Shown here one piece after another: positions 10,652-19,826 of a DNA stretch of 64,000 nt. Origin of the DNA: an uncultured cyanobacterium (lineage in GTDB: Bacteria > Cyanobacteriota > Cyanobacteriia > Cyanobacteriales > CAWCAG01). The position numbers and the translations under genes are program-made. The stretch is taken from the NCBI GenBank assembly GCA_963803805.1, contig CAWDOD010000002.1, positions 1,056,001 through 1,120,000 of the forward strand, in the 5' to 3' direction. The notes below the pieces were generated by a model. It had not been told where the DNA came from, made no database searches, and saw only the letters and a program-made list of their open reading frames with translations. The first letter of the stretch is position 1; each line of letters begins with the position of its first letter.

Positions 10652-12418
10652 ATGCTTACTTCTAAAAGTTTAATGCCGTTAGCCAAAGTTTCAACTCAAG
10701 CTCAATTATTTTGGTTGAGTTTAAGTCTCATAATCAGCCTTTTTTTTGGTGCTATATCTTTAAAAGAAGCGTTTAGAGGAGAGTTTATCATCCAAGATGA
10801 TGCCCAACAACACGTATTCTGGTTTTGGCGCTTTGTTGACTCAGAACTTTTTCCTAATGATCTTATTGCTGATTATTATCAATCAATAGCACAACCTGGA
10901 TATATATTCATCTATAAGTTTGCTGCTTTTTTAGGAATTGAACCTATTTTCTTCAGTAAACTTATTCCCCCCCTTCTAGCTTTAATAACTACAGCTTACT
11001 GCTTTTATATAGTTCTACAAATATTTCCTGTACCTGTTGCTGGTTTCGTCTCAACTGTTTTACTCAATCAAAATATTTGGTTGAAAGATGATTTAGCATC
11101 CGCTACAGCAAGGGCTTTTCTTTACCCTCTGCTTTTCGCTTTTCTTTATTATTTACTTAAAAAGAGCTTGTTTCCCTGTTTAGCATCATTACTTCTTTTA
11201 GGTTTAATTTATCCTATTCCTTTACTCATTTGCGCCGGTATTTTACTGTTACGCTTAATTAAATATCAAAACCGTAAACTCAGTTTTTCTCGTCACAAAA
11301 AAGATTATCTTTTGAGCTTGTCGGGGTTAGGAGTTATCTTTCTGGTCTTACTACCTATTTTACTAGAAACGTCTACCTATGGCCCTACGGTTACAGCAGA
11401 TGTAGCGAGAAACATGATTGAGTTTTCTGAAGAGGGGCGAACCAGACTTTTTATCAATGATCCAATTGAATTTTGGTTGTATGGAGGACGAACAGGATTT
11501 TTCCCTGTGGAATGGGAAGATTTACCTGCTTTTTATTTCCCTATTTTGGCAGCTATCGGTTTTAGTTTACCTCTACTTAAAAAATACCCTAACTATTTTC
11601 CTTTAGTTCAACGTGTTAATAGTAATGTATTTGTTTTACCCCAGCTTTTATTGGTATCAACAGTTCTCTTTTTAGCTGCTCATGCTGTTCTGTTTAAGCT
11701 ATATCTACCTAGTCGCTATAGCCAATATAGCTTGCGCATTTTTATGGCTATTGCAGCAGGCATCGTTTTAACAGTTGTGTTCGATAAAATCTTTAAAATC
11801 CTCTTAGCAACAACTCAACAAAAACGTCTAGCTGTTGCCATTAGCTTACTTGCTCTTTTTATTACTTATCCTCTAATTTTAAGAAGTCAGGATATAGGAT
11901 TAGCAGATCCACTTTCCTATAAATCAGGTTATCCCACAGGACTATATAGCTTGTTACGAAGACAACCTAAAGATATTTTAATTGCCTCTACTTCTTCTCA
12001 AGTTAATCGTATTCCTGCCCTTGCTAAGCGCTCAATTTTAGTTGGTCAAGAACATAGTATTCCTTATCATGAAAAATACTATAGTCAGATCAAAAAAAGG
12101 CTTCTTGATTTAATTGAAGCTCAATATAGTCCTGAACGGGATACTTTAATCAGTTTTATTCAAAAATATGGTGTGGATTTATGGCTTTTGGATAAAGACT
12201 ATTTAATCTCTCCCTATGGAGATGAGGATATAGCCGAAGAAGATTTAAGGTCGATAGATGTTTGGTTAAGGCAATTTCCTGAGTCTAAAGCTGCTGATCT
12301 TAGGGCAAAACAAGGTATTAAACCAGAGTTGCTTAAGTTTGTACCAAACTGTAGTATTTTTGAAAACGAAGACCTAATTCTTTTAAAAGCTGAATGTATT
12401 TTAACCCAAAGTAAGTAA
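10652..12418 (+). CDS. Polytopic membrane protein, GT-C-like; paralogue of 8705-10500
   Basis: QDDAQQHVFW...FPNDLIADYYQS in the first loop, many TM segments, LYLPSRY, soluble C-terminal domain. Confidence 0.7.
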   Translation: MLTSKSLMPLAKVSTQAQLFWLSLSLIISLFFGAISLKEAFRGEFIIQDDAQQHVFWFWRFVDSELFPNDLIADYYQSIAQPGYIFIYKFAAFLGIEPIFFSKLIPPLLALITTAYCFYIVLQIFPVPVAGFVSTVLLNQNIWLKDDLASATARAFLYPLLFAFLYYLLKKSLFPCLASLLLLGLIYPIPLLICAGILLLRLIKYQNRKLSFSRHKKDYLLSLSGLGVIFLVLLPILLETSTYGPTVTADVARNMIEFSEEGRTRLFINDPIEFWLYGGRTGFFPVEWEDLPAFYFPILAAIGFSLPLLKKYPNYFPLVQRVNSNVFVLPQLLLVSTVLFLAAHAVLFKLYLPSRYSQYSLRIFMAIAAGIVLTVVFDKIFKILLATTQQKRLAVAISLLALFITYPLILRSQDIGLADPLSYKSGYPTGLYSLLRRQPKDILIASTSSQVNRIPALAKRSILVGQEHSIPYHEKYYSQIKKRLLDLIEAQYSPERDTLISFIQKYGVDLWLLDKDYLISPYGDEDIAEEDLRSIDVWLRQFPESKAADLRAKQGIKPELLKFVPNCSIFENEDLILLKAECILTQSK

Positions 12419-12506
12419 TCTATCTTAAGTTAGATTATCTAATAGAAATTTAGCCAATTTTTACCATAGTTTGTAAGCTTTTGAAGTAACCTGAAGTGAA
12501 AAAATA

Positions 12507-13406
12507 ATGAATGAAAGCCAAGTGCCAAGTATTAGAAAAGACGAGTATATTTGTCCACCTTTTTCTCTTATTCTTCCTACCTACAACGAAGAAAGAGGCA
12601 TTTTGCCAACCCTTGATCATCTCCAGAATAGCCTCAAAGATTCTAGCTGTGAATATGAGATTATAGCAGTTAATGATGGTTCTATAGACGGTACAGCAGA
12701 ACTTTTACAAACTCGCGACGACATCCGAGTAATTGAACACCGTGTTAATAGAGGATATGGTGCAGCTTTGAAAACAGGGATTCGCAATGCTAAATATGAC
12801 TGGATTGTCATTACCGATGCTGATGGCACTTATCCCAATGAGAGGATACCACAACTGGTCGCGTTAACCCAAAAGGCTGATATGGTTGTAGGTTCTCGTA
12901 CCGGGGCTAATGTCAACTATTCTAATTTGAGGAAAATTCCTAAGTGGTTTTTAGTCCGTTTTGCTCAATGGATTACTGATACTAAAATACCTGATCTCAA
13001 TAGCGGATTACGGGTTTTTAGTAAAAGTGTAGTGCAGGAATTTATTAAAATTTTACCTGATACTTTTAGCTTTACTACAACTATTACCGTGGCAATGCTA
13101 ACTAATGGTTATGTGGTACATTACGAACCCGTTGATTTTCACCATCGCAAGGGTAAAAGCAAGATTAAACCGATTCGAGATACTTTACGCTTTGTACAAT
13201 TGATTATGCGAACAGGATTATATTTTGCTCCTCTGAGGGTGTTTTTACCCATTGCCGCTTTCTTTTTCCTGGCTTTTATATTTACTTTTATACAAGATAT
13301 TGTTGTTAGGGAAAACCTAACAGAAAGAACTTTAATTCTTTTGATTGCTGCAACTCAAATGTCTATGTTTGCTCTTTTAGCAGATATGTTAGATAAGCGG
13401 ACTTAA
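12507..13406 (+). CDS. GT2 polyprenyl-phosphate glycosyltransferase (DPM1/GtrB-like) with two C-terminal TM helices
   Basis: LPTYNEE, VNDGSIDGT, NRGYGAALKTG, ITDADGTYP, DLNSGLR. Confidence 0.85.
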   Translation: MNESQVPSIRKDEYICPPFSLILPTYNEERGILPTLDHLQNSLKDSSCEYEIIAVNDGSIDGTAELLQTRDDIRVIEHRVNRGYGAALKTGIRNAKYDWIVITDADGTYPNERIPQLVALTQKADMVVGSRTGANVNYSNLRKIPKWFLVRFAQWITDTKIPDLNSGLRVFSKSVVQEFIKILPDTFSFTTTITVAMLTNGYVVHYEPVDFHHRKGKSKIKPIRDTLRFVQLIMRTGLYFAPLRVFLPIAAFFFLAFIFTFIQDIVVRENLTERTLILLIAATQMSMFALLADMLDKRT

Positions 13407-13423
13407 AAAATTAGCCATTGGTA

Positions 13424-13990
13424 ATGAAAAAGATCGCTCTTTTTGGTACTAGCGCAGATCCTCCCACCGCAGGACATAATGCCATATTAAAATGGCTATC
13501 CCAACGTTACGATCTAGTTGCTGTTTGGGCTTCAGATAATCCTTTTAAATCTCATCAAACCAACCTACAACATCGAGTCGAGATGTTGAAGGTACTGATT
13601 GATTCGTTGGAACCTGATTATTATAACGTTAACCTGCATCAAAATTTTAGCAGCCGCAGAACCCTAGAAACAGTCAAACAAGCAAGACAGGTTTGGGGTG
13701 AATCACCTGAATTCACCCTAGTAATTGGTTCCGACTTGCCTCCACAAATGCCTAATTGGTATCGTATCGAAGAATTATTACAACAAGTCGTACTTTTAGT
13801 TATTCCTCGCCCAGGCTATTCTATAAAAGAAAAAGACTTAGTTAGCTTACGGAATTTAGGAGGAAAATGCGCCATCGCCGATTTCCATCCCCCCTCAGTT
13901 TCTTCTACTGCTTATCGCGAACATCAAGACCCAGAGGCAATAATACCATCTGTTCAAGACTATATTCAGCGAGAGCAACTATACATATAG
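13424..13990 (+). CDS. nadD: Nicotinate-nucleotide adenylyltransferase
   Basis: LFGTSADPPTAGH, VIGSDL, VSSTAYR; ATG at 13424 preferred over TTG at 13418. Confidence 0.88.
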   Translation: MKKIALFGTSADPPTAGHNAILKWLSQRYDLVAVWASDNPFKSHQTNLQHRVEMLKVLIDSLEPDYYNVNLHQNFSSRRTLETVKQARQVWGESPEFTLVIGSDLPPQMPNWYRIEELLQQVVLLVIPRPGYSIKEKDLVSLRNLGGKCAIADFHPPSVSSTAYREHQDPEAIIPSVQDYIQREQLYI

Positions 13991-14015
13991 CTAATTGCTA
14001 ATTGCTAGTTGCTTA
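13990..14015. repeat. Heptamer short tandem repeat (TTGCTAA/G)
   Basis: GCTAA TTGCTAA TTGCTAG TTGCTTA. Confidence 0.7.
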
Positions 14016-14101
14016 TTACTAATTGAGATGTACCTAGATAGAGTATTCAATATGAAGAAAAAACATCACTTATCAATCCCTTTTGACTTTTGAATTGCTA
14101 T

Positions 14102-14833
14102 ATGTCAGTACAGGTAGACCCCGTGACGAAAAAGAATCTTGCTGATTTTAAGGTAGGAGTTGATAATGTGATTTTTTCGGTAGATGACAAGAAAAATCGC
14201 TTGTTAGTGCTATTAATTAAACGTCCTGATCAACCTTTTCAAAGTCAGTGGAGTTTACCAGGAACATTAGTTCGCCAAGGAGAATCCTTAGAAAAAGCAG
14301 CACATCGCATTTTAGCTGAGAAAATTTGGGTTAATAACCTTTATTTAGAACAACTTTATACATTTGGTGGTCCGGAAAGAGATCCCAGAGAATCTCCAAC
14401 TAGTTTTGGAGTACGTTATCTATCAGTTAGTTACTTTGCTTTAGTGCGTTTTGCTGAAGCAGAATTGATTAGTGATAATAGTTATAGTACAACTTGGTAT
14501 TCTTTAAAAGAAATTCCTCAATTAGCTTTTGATCATAACCAGATTCTTACCTACGGTTATGGGCGTTTACGGAACAAGTTAGAGTATAGCCCTATCGCTT
14601 TTGATGTCTTACCAGAAGTGTTTACTTTAAATGATGTTTATCAGCTTTATTGTACAGTTTTGGGAGAAAACTTTTCTGATTATTCCAATTTCCGTTCCCG
14701 TTTATTAAAACTAGGTTTTTTATCAGATACGGGAATAAAAGTTTCTAGGGGAGCAGGTCGTCCTGCTAGTTTATATAGTTTTGATGCTAAAGCTTTTGCA
14801 CCTTTAAAAGATAAGCCTTTAGTATTTATTTAA
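14102..14833 (+). CDS. nrtR: Nudix-related transcriptional regulator of NAD metabolism
   Basis: Degenerate Nudix box (WSLPGTLVRQGESLEKAAHRIL), LEQLYTFG..RDPR, C-terminal wHTH (NFRSRL...GRPASLY); lies between nadD and nadE. Confidence 0.85.
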   Translation: MSVQVDPVTKKNLADFKVGVDNVIFSVDDKKNRLLVLLIKRPDQPFQSQWSLPGTLVRQGESLEKAAHRILAEKIWVNNLYLEQLYTFGGPERDPRESPTSFGVRYLSVSYFALVRFAEAELISDNSYSTTWYSLKEIPQLAFDHNQILTYGYGRLRNKLEYSPIAFDVLPEVFTLNDVYQLYCTVLGENFSDYSNFRSRLLKLGFLSDTGIKVSRGAGRPASLYSFDAKAFAPLKDKPLVFI

Positions 14834-14889
14834 TTGCTAATTGCTAATTGCTAATCGCTAGTTGCTAGTTGCTAGTTGCTAGTTGCTGA
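14834..14889. repeat. STRR-type heptamer tandem array, 8 units
   Basis: TTGCTAA x3, TCGCTAG, TTGCTAG x3, TTGCTGA. Confidence 0.9.
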
Positions 14890-14960
14890 TTTTCAGCATT
14901 TATTATTGCTTCTTACCTTATTCAAAGTATTAGCTATCTTAAACAATCTAATTTTAAAAT

Positions 14961-15284
14961 ATGAGCATAATTTACGAAGACGAATACCTTACTTGTGATG
15001 ATCTTGGTATGACTATCAAGTGGTACTACTTTCCTATTGGAGAGAAAAAGATTCTCTACGCTTCTATAGTTAATGTAACAGAAAGAAATATGGAGTTATT
15101 CTCAGGTAAAGGTCGTATCTGGGGTATGGATTTAAGTCCAGAATGGTTTCACTTAGACCCTAAACGTCCTTTCAAAGATAAATGTATAGTTTTAGATATT
15201 GGAGAATGGATTAAACCAGTTATTACTCCAGAAAATCACTTTAGAGTTTGGCAAATACTACAAGAGAAAGTTGACTCGCATTAA
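14961..15284 (+). CDS. Conserved hypothetical protein
   Basis: 107-aa ORF with globular composition (WYYFP, KGRIWGM, WFHLDPKRP, KPVITP). Confidence 0.65.
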   Translation: MSIIYEDEYLTCDDLGMTIKWYYFPIGEKKILYASIVNVTERNMELFSGKGRIWGMDLSPEWFHLDPKRPFKDKCIVLDIGEWIKPVITPENHFRVWQILQEKVDSH

Positions 15285-15320
15285 TTTGAGTTGTTCTAAA
15301 ATACTCAAATGTTGATTAAA

Positions 15321-15355
15321 GATGTTGAGGCTGGATGTTGAGGCTGGATGTTGAG
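15321..15355. repeat. 13-bp tandem repeat, about 2.7 copies
   Basis: GATGTTGAGGCTG x2 + GATGTTGAG. Confidence 0.8.
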
Positions 15356-15449
15356 AGATTTTTAACGCTTTAATAGACGTTGCTACTTGAAAATAGCCTT
15401 ACGCTATTCTCTAATTTTATACAAGCTTTAGAAACTTTTGTAATTACTA

Positions 15450-15785
15450 TTAACTTACTGCAAACTCTGTATATTGACGAACATCAGGAGGATGAAAAGC
15501 AAGAACAATATTTTTTTTAGCAATACCGGCTTCTAAAAGTTCGATGGTAATTCCGTCTTCAATACCATCACGATGTAGCCAAATTTTCTCACCACGAATT
15601 TCTGCATGAACGATAACCCCATAAACTCGTAAGCCATCTTGCCAACCTTCATCCATTAGTAAAAAGTGTTTGTCATTCCTACTAACAACCACAAAGGTAT
15701 TAACATCTCCATAACGATAGGGAATAGCTGCGTGTTCTTGTAAAATACCTTCTATAATTTCGCCGTACCGATTTGAGGTATCCAT
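15450..15785 (-). CDS. xisI: XisI family protein
   Basis: GWQDGLRVYGVIVH...KIWLHRDGIEDGI...LLEAGI...IVLAFHPPDVRQYTEFAVS. Confidence 0.9.
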   Translation of the reverse strand: MDTSNRYGEIIEGILQEHAAIPYRYGDVNTFVVVSRNDKHFLLMDEGWQDGLRVYGVIVHAEIRGEKIWLHRDGIEDGITIELLEAGIAKKNIVLAFHPPDVRQYTEFAVS

Positions 15786-15862
15786 TGCAAAATCTCCTTA
15801 TTTGTAGCATCAAAAACAATCAAACGTAGCTCAGTTGTTTCTAAAATAAGCTGACCAATCTC
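15752..15862 (-). pseudogene. xisH: C-terminal remnant of xisH
   Basis: Manual translation EIGQLILETTELRLIVFDATNKEILQWIPQIGTAKL* overlaps the xisI start (CAATGGATA) as xisH normally does. It is preceded directly by an in-frame TGA, with no N-terminal part. Confidence 0.7.
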
Positions 15863-15965
15863 TCATAGGAATTGGAATAATTAGTTTAAGAGTAGAAAAA
15901 TCATAGGCTATCATCAGTTTAAAACAATGTAACTCTTTCCTACTCAACGCTCCCTAATATAAGTT

Positions 15966-17621
15966 ATGAAAATAGCGATCGCCCAAATAAACCCCCTCAT
16001 TGGTGACATCTCAGGTAATAGGCAAAAAATTCTCACCTCTGCCCAAGAAGCTTCTAACCTCGGCGTTGAACTACTTTTAACTCCGGAACTTTCTCTTTGT
16101 GGCTATCCTCCGAGAGATTTACTTTTAATTAAAGATTTTGTTGAGGAAATGGTAGCTAACTTAGATATCTTGGCACAACAGCTACCTCCCCAAATAACTG
16201 TATTAGTAGGAACTGTTGCTATAAATATTGATGCAGAAATACAAGGAGAAAAACCTCTTTTTAATAGCACAGCGTTATTAACAAAAGGTCAAGTAAAACA
16301 TATCTTTCATAAGCGTCTTTTACCCACTTACGATGTTTTTGATGAAGAACGTTATTTTGAACCAGGAAAAGAAGCGAATATTTTCACCCTTAATAATCTT
16401 AAAATTGGTGTCACTATTTGCGAAGACTTATGGAATGATCCTGACTTTTGGGGCAAACGCAACTATGAAACTAATCCTATTGAAGATTTAGCTAAAGCAG
16501 GGGTAGACTTCCTCGTTAATCTTTCTGCTTCTCCCTACACGGTGGGTAAGCAAAAATTAAGGGAAGCAATGTTGAGTCATAGTGCCAAACAACATCAACA
16601 GCCGCTCCTTTATGCTAACCAAGTTGGAGGTAATGATGACCTACTTTTTGATGGTAACAGTGTCGCTTTTAATCGTCATGGCCAAGTAGTTGGTCGTGGG
16701 GCTACTTTTGAGAGTGATTTATTAGTTTTGGAATTTGATGAGGAAACAAAAGATTTACTGCCAGGAAAGATTACTCCTGTACCAGAATGCGAAGAAGCAG
16801 AAATTTGGTCAGCATTAGTTAGGGGAGTAAAAGATTATGCCCACAAATGTGGTTTTTCCCAAGCAGTCTTAGGTTTAAGCGGTGGCATCGACTCGGCTTT
16901 GGTTGCTGCGATCGCAGCAGCGGCTTTAGGCAAAGAAAACGTACTTGGAGTTTTAATGCCTTCTCCCTATAGTTCTGACCATTCTATTCAAGATGCAGAA
17001 CAATTAGTTACTAACTTAGGCATCAAAAGCCAACAGCTACCCATTAAAAAAGCCATGACTGCCTATGATGAAATTCTCTTGGATTTATTCACAGGAACTT
17101 CCTTTGGAGTCGCAGAAGAAAATCTTCAATCTCGCATTCGCGGTAACTTATTAATGGCGATCGCTAACAAATTCGGCCACCTCCTCCTCTCCACAGGTAA
17201 CAAATCAGAAATGTCCGTCGGTTATTGCACTCTCTACGGCGATATGAACGGTGGTTTAGCCGTAATAGCAGATGTCCCTAAAACTAAAGTTTTCGCCCTT
17301 TGTCGCTGGCTTAATCGCCATCAGGAGATCATTCCTAACCACATCATCACCAAACCACCTAGTGCAGAACTAAAACCCGGTCAAGTAGACCAAGATTCTT
17401 TGCCTCCCTACGAAATTCTTGATGATATTCTCCACCGCTTAATTAATAACCATCAATCTTCACAACAAATTATTGCTGCTGGTTATGAAGCAGAAGTAGT
17501 CAATAAAGTAATCAAGCTAGTCACTCGCGCCGAATTTAAACGCCGACAAGCCCCCCCAGGACTAAAAATTGCTGATCGCGCTTTTGGTACAGGTTGGAGA
17601 ATGCCCATTGCTAGGGGGTGA
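15966..17621 (+). CDS. nadE: Glutamine-dependent NAD+ synthetase
   Basis: N-terminal nitrilase domain (PEL, KRLLPTYDVFDE, ICEDLW) plus synthetase domain (GLSGGIDS, ENLQSRIRG, TGNKSE, PPSAEL). Confidence 0.95.
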   Translation: MKIAIAQINPLIGDISGNRQKILTSAQEASNLGVELLLTPELSLCGYPPRDLLLIKDFVEEMVANLDILAQQLPPQITVLVGTVAINIDAEIQGEKPLFNSTALLTKGQVKHIFHKRLLPTYDVFDEERYFEPGKEANIFTLNNLKIGVTICEDLWNDPDFWGKRNYETNPIEDLAKAGVDFLVNLSASPYTVGKQKLREAMLSHSAKQHQQPLLYANQVGGNDDLLFDGNSVAFNRHGQVVGRGATFESDLLVLEFDEETKDLLPGKITPVPECEEAEIWSALVRGVKDYAHKCGFSQAVLGLSGGIDSALVAAIAAAALGKENVLGVLMPSPYSSDHSIQDAEQLVTNLGIKSQQLPIKKAMTAYDEILLDLFTGTSFGVAEENLQSRIRGNLLMAIANKFGHLLLSTGNKSEMSVGYCTLYGDMNGGLAVIADVPKTKVFALCRWLNRHQEIIPNHIITKPPSAELKPGQVDQDSLPPYEILDDILHRLINNHQSSQQIIAAGYEAEVVNKVIKLVTRAEFKRRQAPPGLKIADRAFGTGWRMPIARG

Positions 17622-17640
17622 AGTCAACTGAATAATTGAG

Positions 17641-17669
17641 GAGGGCAAAAGTTTTATCCTCATGCCCTC
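17641..17669. terminator. Possible hairpin between convergent genes
   Basis: GAGGGCA...TGCCCTC inverted repeat. Confidence 0.35.
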
Positions 17670-17675
17670 ACCTTC

Positions 17676-18287
17676 TCATCTTTCTTTTTGGGCATCCACT
17701 TGGGCAAAGGCATATTGAGCGATCGCTAAACTTAAACGGGCTTTTTCTACTGGGGAAACATCTTCCCAGTTAGTGTTTTCTAGCTTACTAAGTACAGTAT
17801 CAGCTTTATTTTTTTGGCTACTACGCATAGCATAAACTAGAGGACGAGCGAACACCTGTAAGTCTTCTTCAGTCCAATTGAGTAGTAGAGGCTTCATAGA
17901 CTCAACTAATCTTTCCATTTTAGAAAGATTACTATCAACCATTTTTTTCGCTTCTTGGGCGATCGCCTCTAACCAGGAACTAGGTACGGCACTGCCAAAT
18001 TTCGCATCTAAGACTTCTTGAATAGAAAAAGACGATTGGGTAGGCCAGCAACTATTGAGACTGGTAAAAAGACTTTCTGTCCGTTCCTCAATTTCAATAG
18101 CTGACCAATCTTCAAGAGAAAAATTCTCTTCGGTTGCTTCAAAATAGTCTTGGGCTTCAACTTCTGCTGGATTCCACGGATAAGGTTTTTCCTGTTCTAG
18201 CAAATAATCTAGCAGTTGCTTTTCCAAGTTTTCCAGTCCGCTTAGGGTTTCTTTTTTAACTTGGTAATCTGTCTGTTGGTCTTTCAT
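17676..18287 (-). CDS. Conserved cyanobacterial hypothetical protein
   Basis: 203-aa ORF with YPWNP, EDLQVFARPLVYAMR, ARLSLAIAQYA. Confidence 0.7.
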   Translation of the reverse strand: MKDQQTDYQVKKETLSGLENLEKQLLDYLLEQEKPYPWNPAEVEAQDYFEATEENFSLEDWSAIEIEERTESLFTSLNSCWPTQSSFSIQEVLDAKFGSAVPSSWLEAIAQEAKKMVDSNLSKMERLVESMKPLLLNWTEEDLQVFARPLVYAMRSSQKNKADTVLSKLENTNWEDVSPVEKARLSLAIAQYAFAQVDAQKER

Positions 18288-18472
18288 ATTACTCCTCGAT
18301 GGTCGGTGCTTGTTACTCCAAGCATGGGTATCTACACTGGAGTTTGACTAATTTCCAAATAAATCGGAAATTTTTACTATTGCTATTTTAAAGAAGCAAA
18401 TTAATTGGCTTTCTTCTTCAATTATTCTGAGCTAAACCCATAAATAGAGGTTGTCCCAAGAATAATTAAGGC

Positions 18473-19810
18473 TTAACCATTTATATTTTTAGGTAAAGTA
18501 ACAATAAATTCAGTGTAAATATTTGCTTTTGTCTCTACTCGCAAGTTACCTTTATGTTGATTGATGATAATGTCATGAGCCATACTTAAACCTAAGCCCG
18601 TTCCTTCTGTGGCAGGTTTGGTAGAGTAAAAAGCTTCAAAAATCTTCGTAGTTATTTCTGGTGGGATGCCTATGCCATTATCGCGAATGCGAATTTCTAC
18701 ACTATCCTGAAGATCAATACTTTTTACTAACACTTCAGGAACAAAGTTCACCTCTTGACAATTTTGATGTTTAGCTAGGACGGCATAGCAAGCATTATCA
18801 AGTAAGTTAATCAAAGCACGGCTGAGGTCTGAAGGAATCAATTTAATGTGACCAATAGATTGATCGAAGCTAGTAGAGAACTTGATATGGCAGCTTTCTT
18901 GAGATGCTCGTTTACCCCACTTAGTAAATTCCACTGCTTCTGCTAAGATTGTATTGAGATCAGTTAATTGAGATAAATTATTGTTGGTCTTAGTATGCTG
19001 CATCATACTATTAATGATGTCAGCGGCCCTGTGACCATGGTTGCCAATGGAAGAGGCATTATCTTTAAGGTCTTGCACTATTTCTTGAAGATCTTGCCAC
19101 TCTTGGGGAGCTAATTGGGTTGGCTTTTTGTGTAGTTGAAGAAGTACTTCTTGGGCCAATTCCTCTGAACCTTCAGCATAGTTATTAATAAAATTAAGAG
19201 GATTGCGTAATTCATGGGCAATGCCAGCGCTTAAGGTAGCGATAGAAGCTAGTTTTTCTTGGGCAATAAGCTGTTTTTGCGCTGCTTGAAGCTTTTCTAA
19301 AGTTTGATTTAAAACCTTCTCTGCTTCTGTACGTTGTTTAATTTCTTCTTGAAGTAGGAGGTTTTGTTGTTTAATAGTTTGATTTTGCAGGTGAAGAGAT
19401 TGATTTAAAGAATTTAATTGTAGATGAACTTTAATTCTGGCTAAAACTTCTTCTGGCTGAATAGGTTTAATAATATAATCTACTCCTCCAGCTTCCAAAC
19501 CCTTAACTTTATCCTCTGTACCGGAAAGGGCCGTCATAAAAATTACTGGAATAGCCTCGGTTTGAGAATTTGCCTTCAAACGACAACAGGTTTCAAAGCC
19601 ATCTATTCCTGGGGGCATCATCACATCTAACAAAATCAAATCCGGGCAAGCATACTCAGCCCTTTCCAGGCAACTTTCACCACTGCGAGATGTGAGAATT
19701 TCTACACCATATTCATCTAAAAAATCTACCACTACCCCCAGGTTAGTAGGATTGTCGTCTACGACCAAGATAGTATGGTTTTTGAAGTTAAAGTCACTGA
19801 TGTTGCTCAT
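18473..19810 (-). CDS. Hybrid response regulator-histidine kinase (REC-coiled coil-HisKA-HATPase)
   Basis: ILVVDD, LLDVMMP, AHELRNPLNF, NLLDNA, DNGIGI, GTGLGL. Confidence 0.92.
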   Translation of the reverse strand: MSNISDFNFKNHTILVVDDNPTNLGVVVDFLDEYGVEILTSRSGESCLERAEYACPDLILLDVMMPPGIDGFETCCRLKANSQTEAIPVIFMTALSGTEDKVKGLEAGGVDYIIKPIQPEEVLARIKVHLQLNSLNQSLHLQNQTIKQQNLLLQEEIKQRTEAEKVLNQTLEKLQAAQKQLIAQEKLASIATLSAGIAHELRNPLNFINNYAEGSEELAQEVLLQLHKKPTQLAPQEWQDLQEIVQDLKDNASSIGNHGHRAADIINSMMQHTKTNNNLSQLTDLNTILAEAVEFTKWGKRASQESCHIKFSTSFDQSIGHIKLIPSDLSRALINLLDNACYAVLAKHQNCQEVNFVPEVLVKSIDLQDSVEIRIRDNGIGIPPEITTKIFEAFYSTKPATEGTGLGLSMAHDIIINQHKGNLRVETKANIYTEFIVTLPKNING

Positions 19811-19826
19811 TAGTAATTTAATTTAG

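Noticed and set aside
15878-15910. Possible NrtR operator upstream of nadE (AGAGTAGAAAAATCATA)
   Set aside because: Does not complete the GT-N7-AC palindrome; too weak to call
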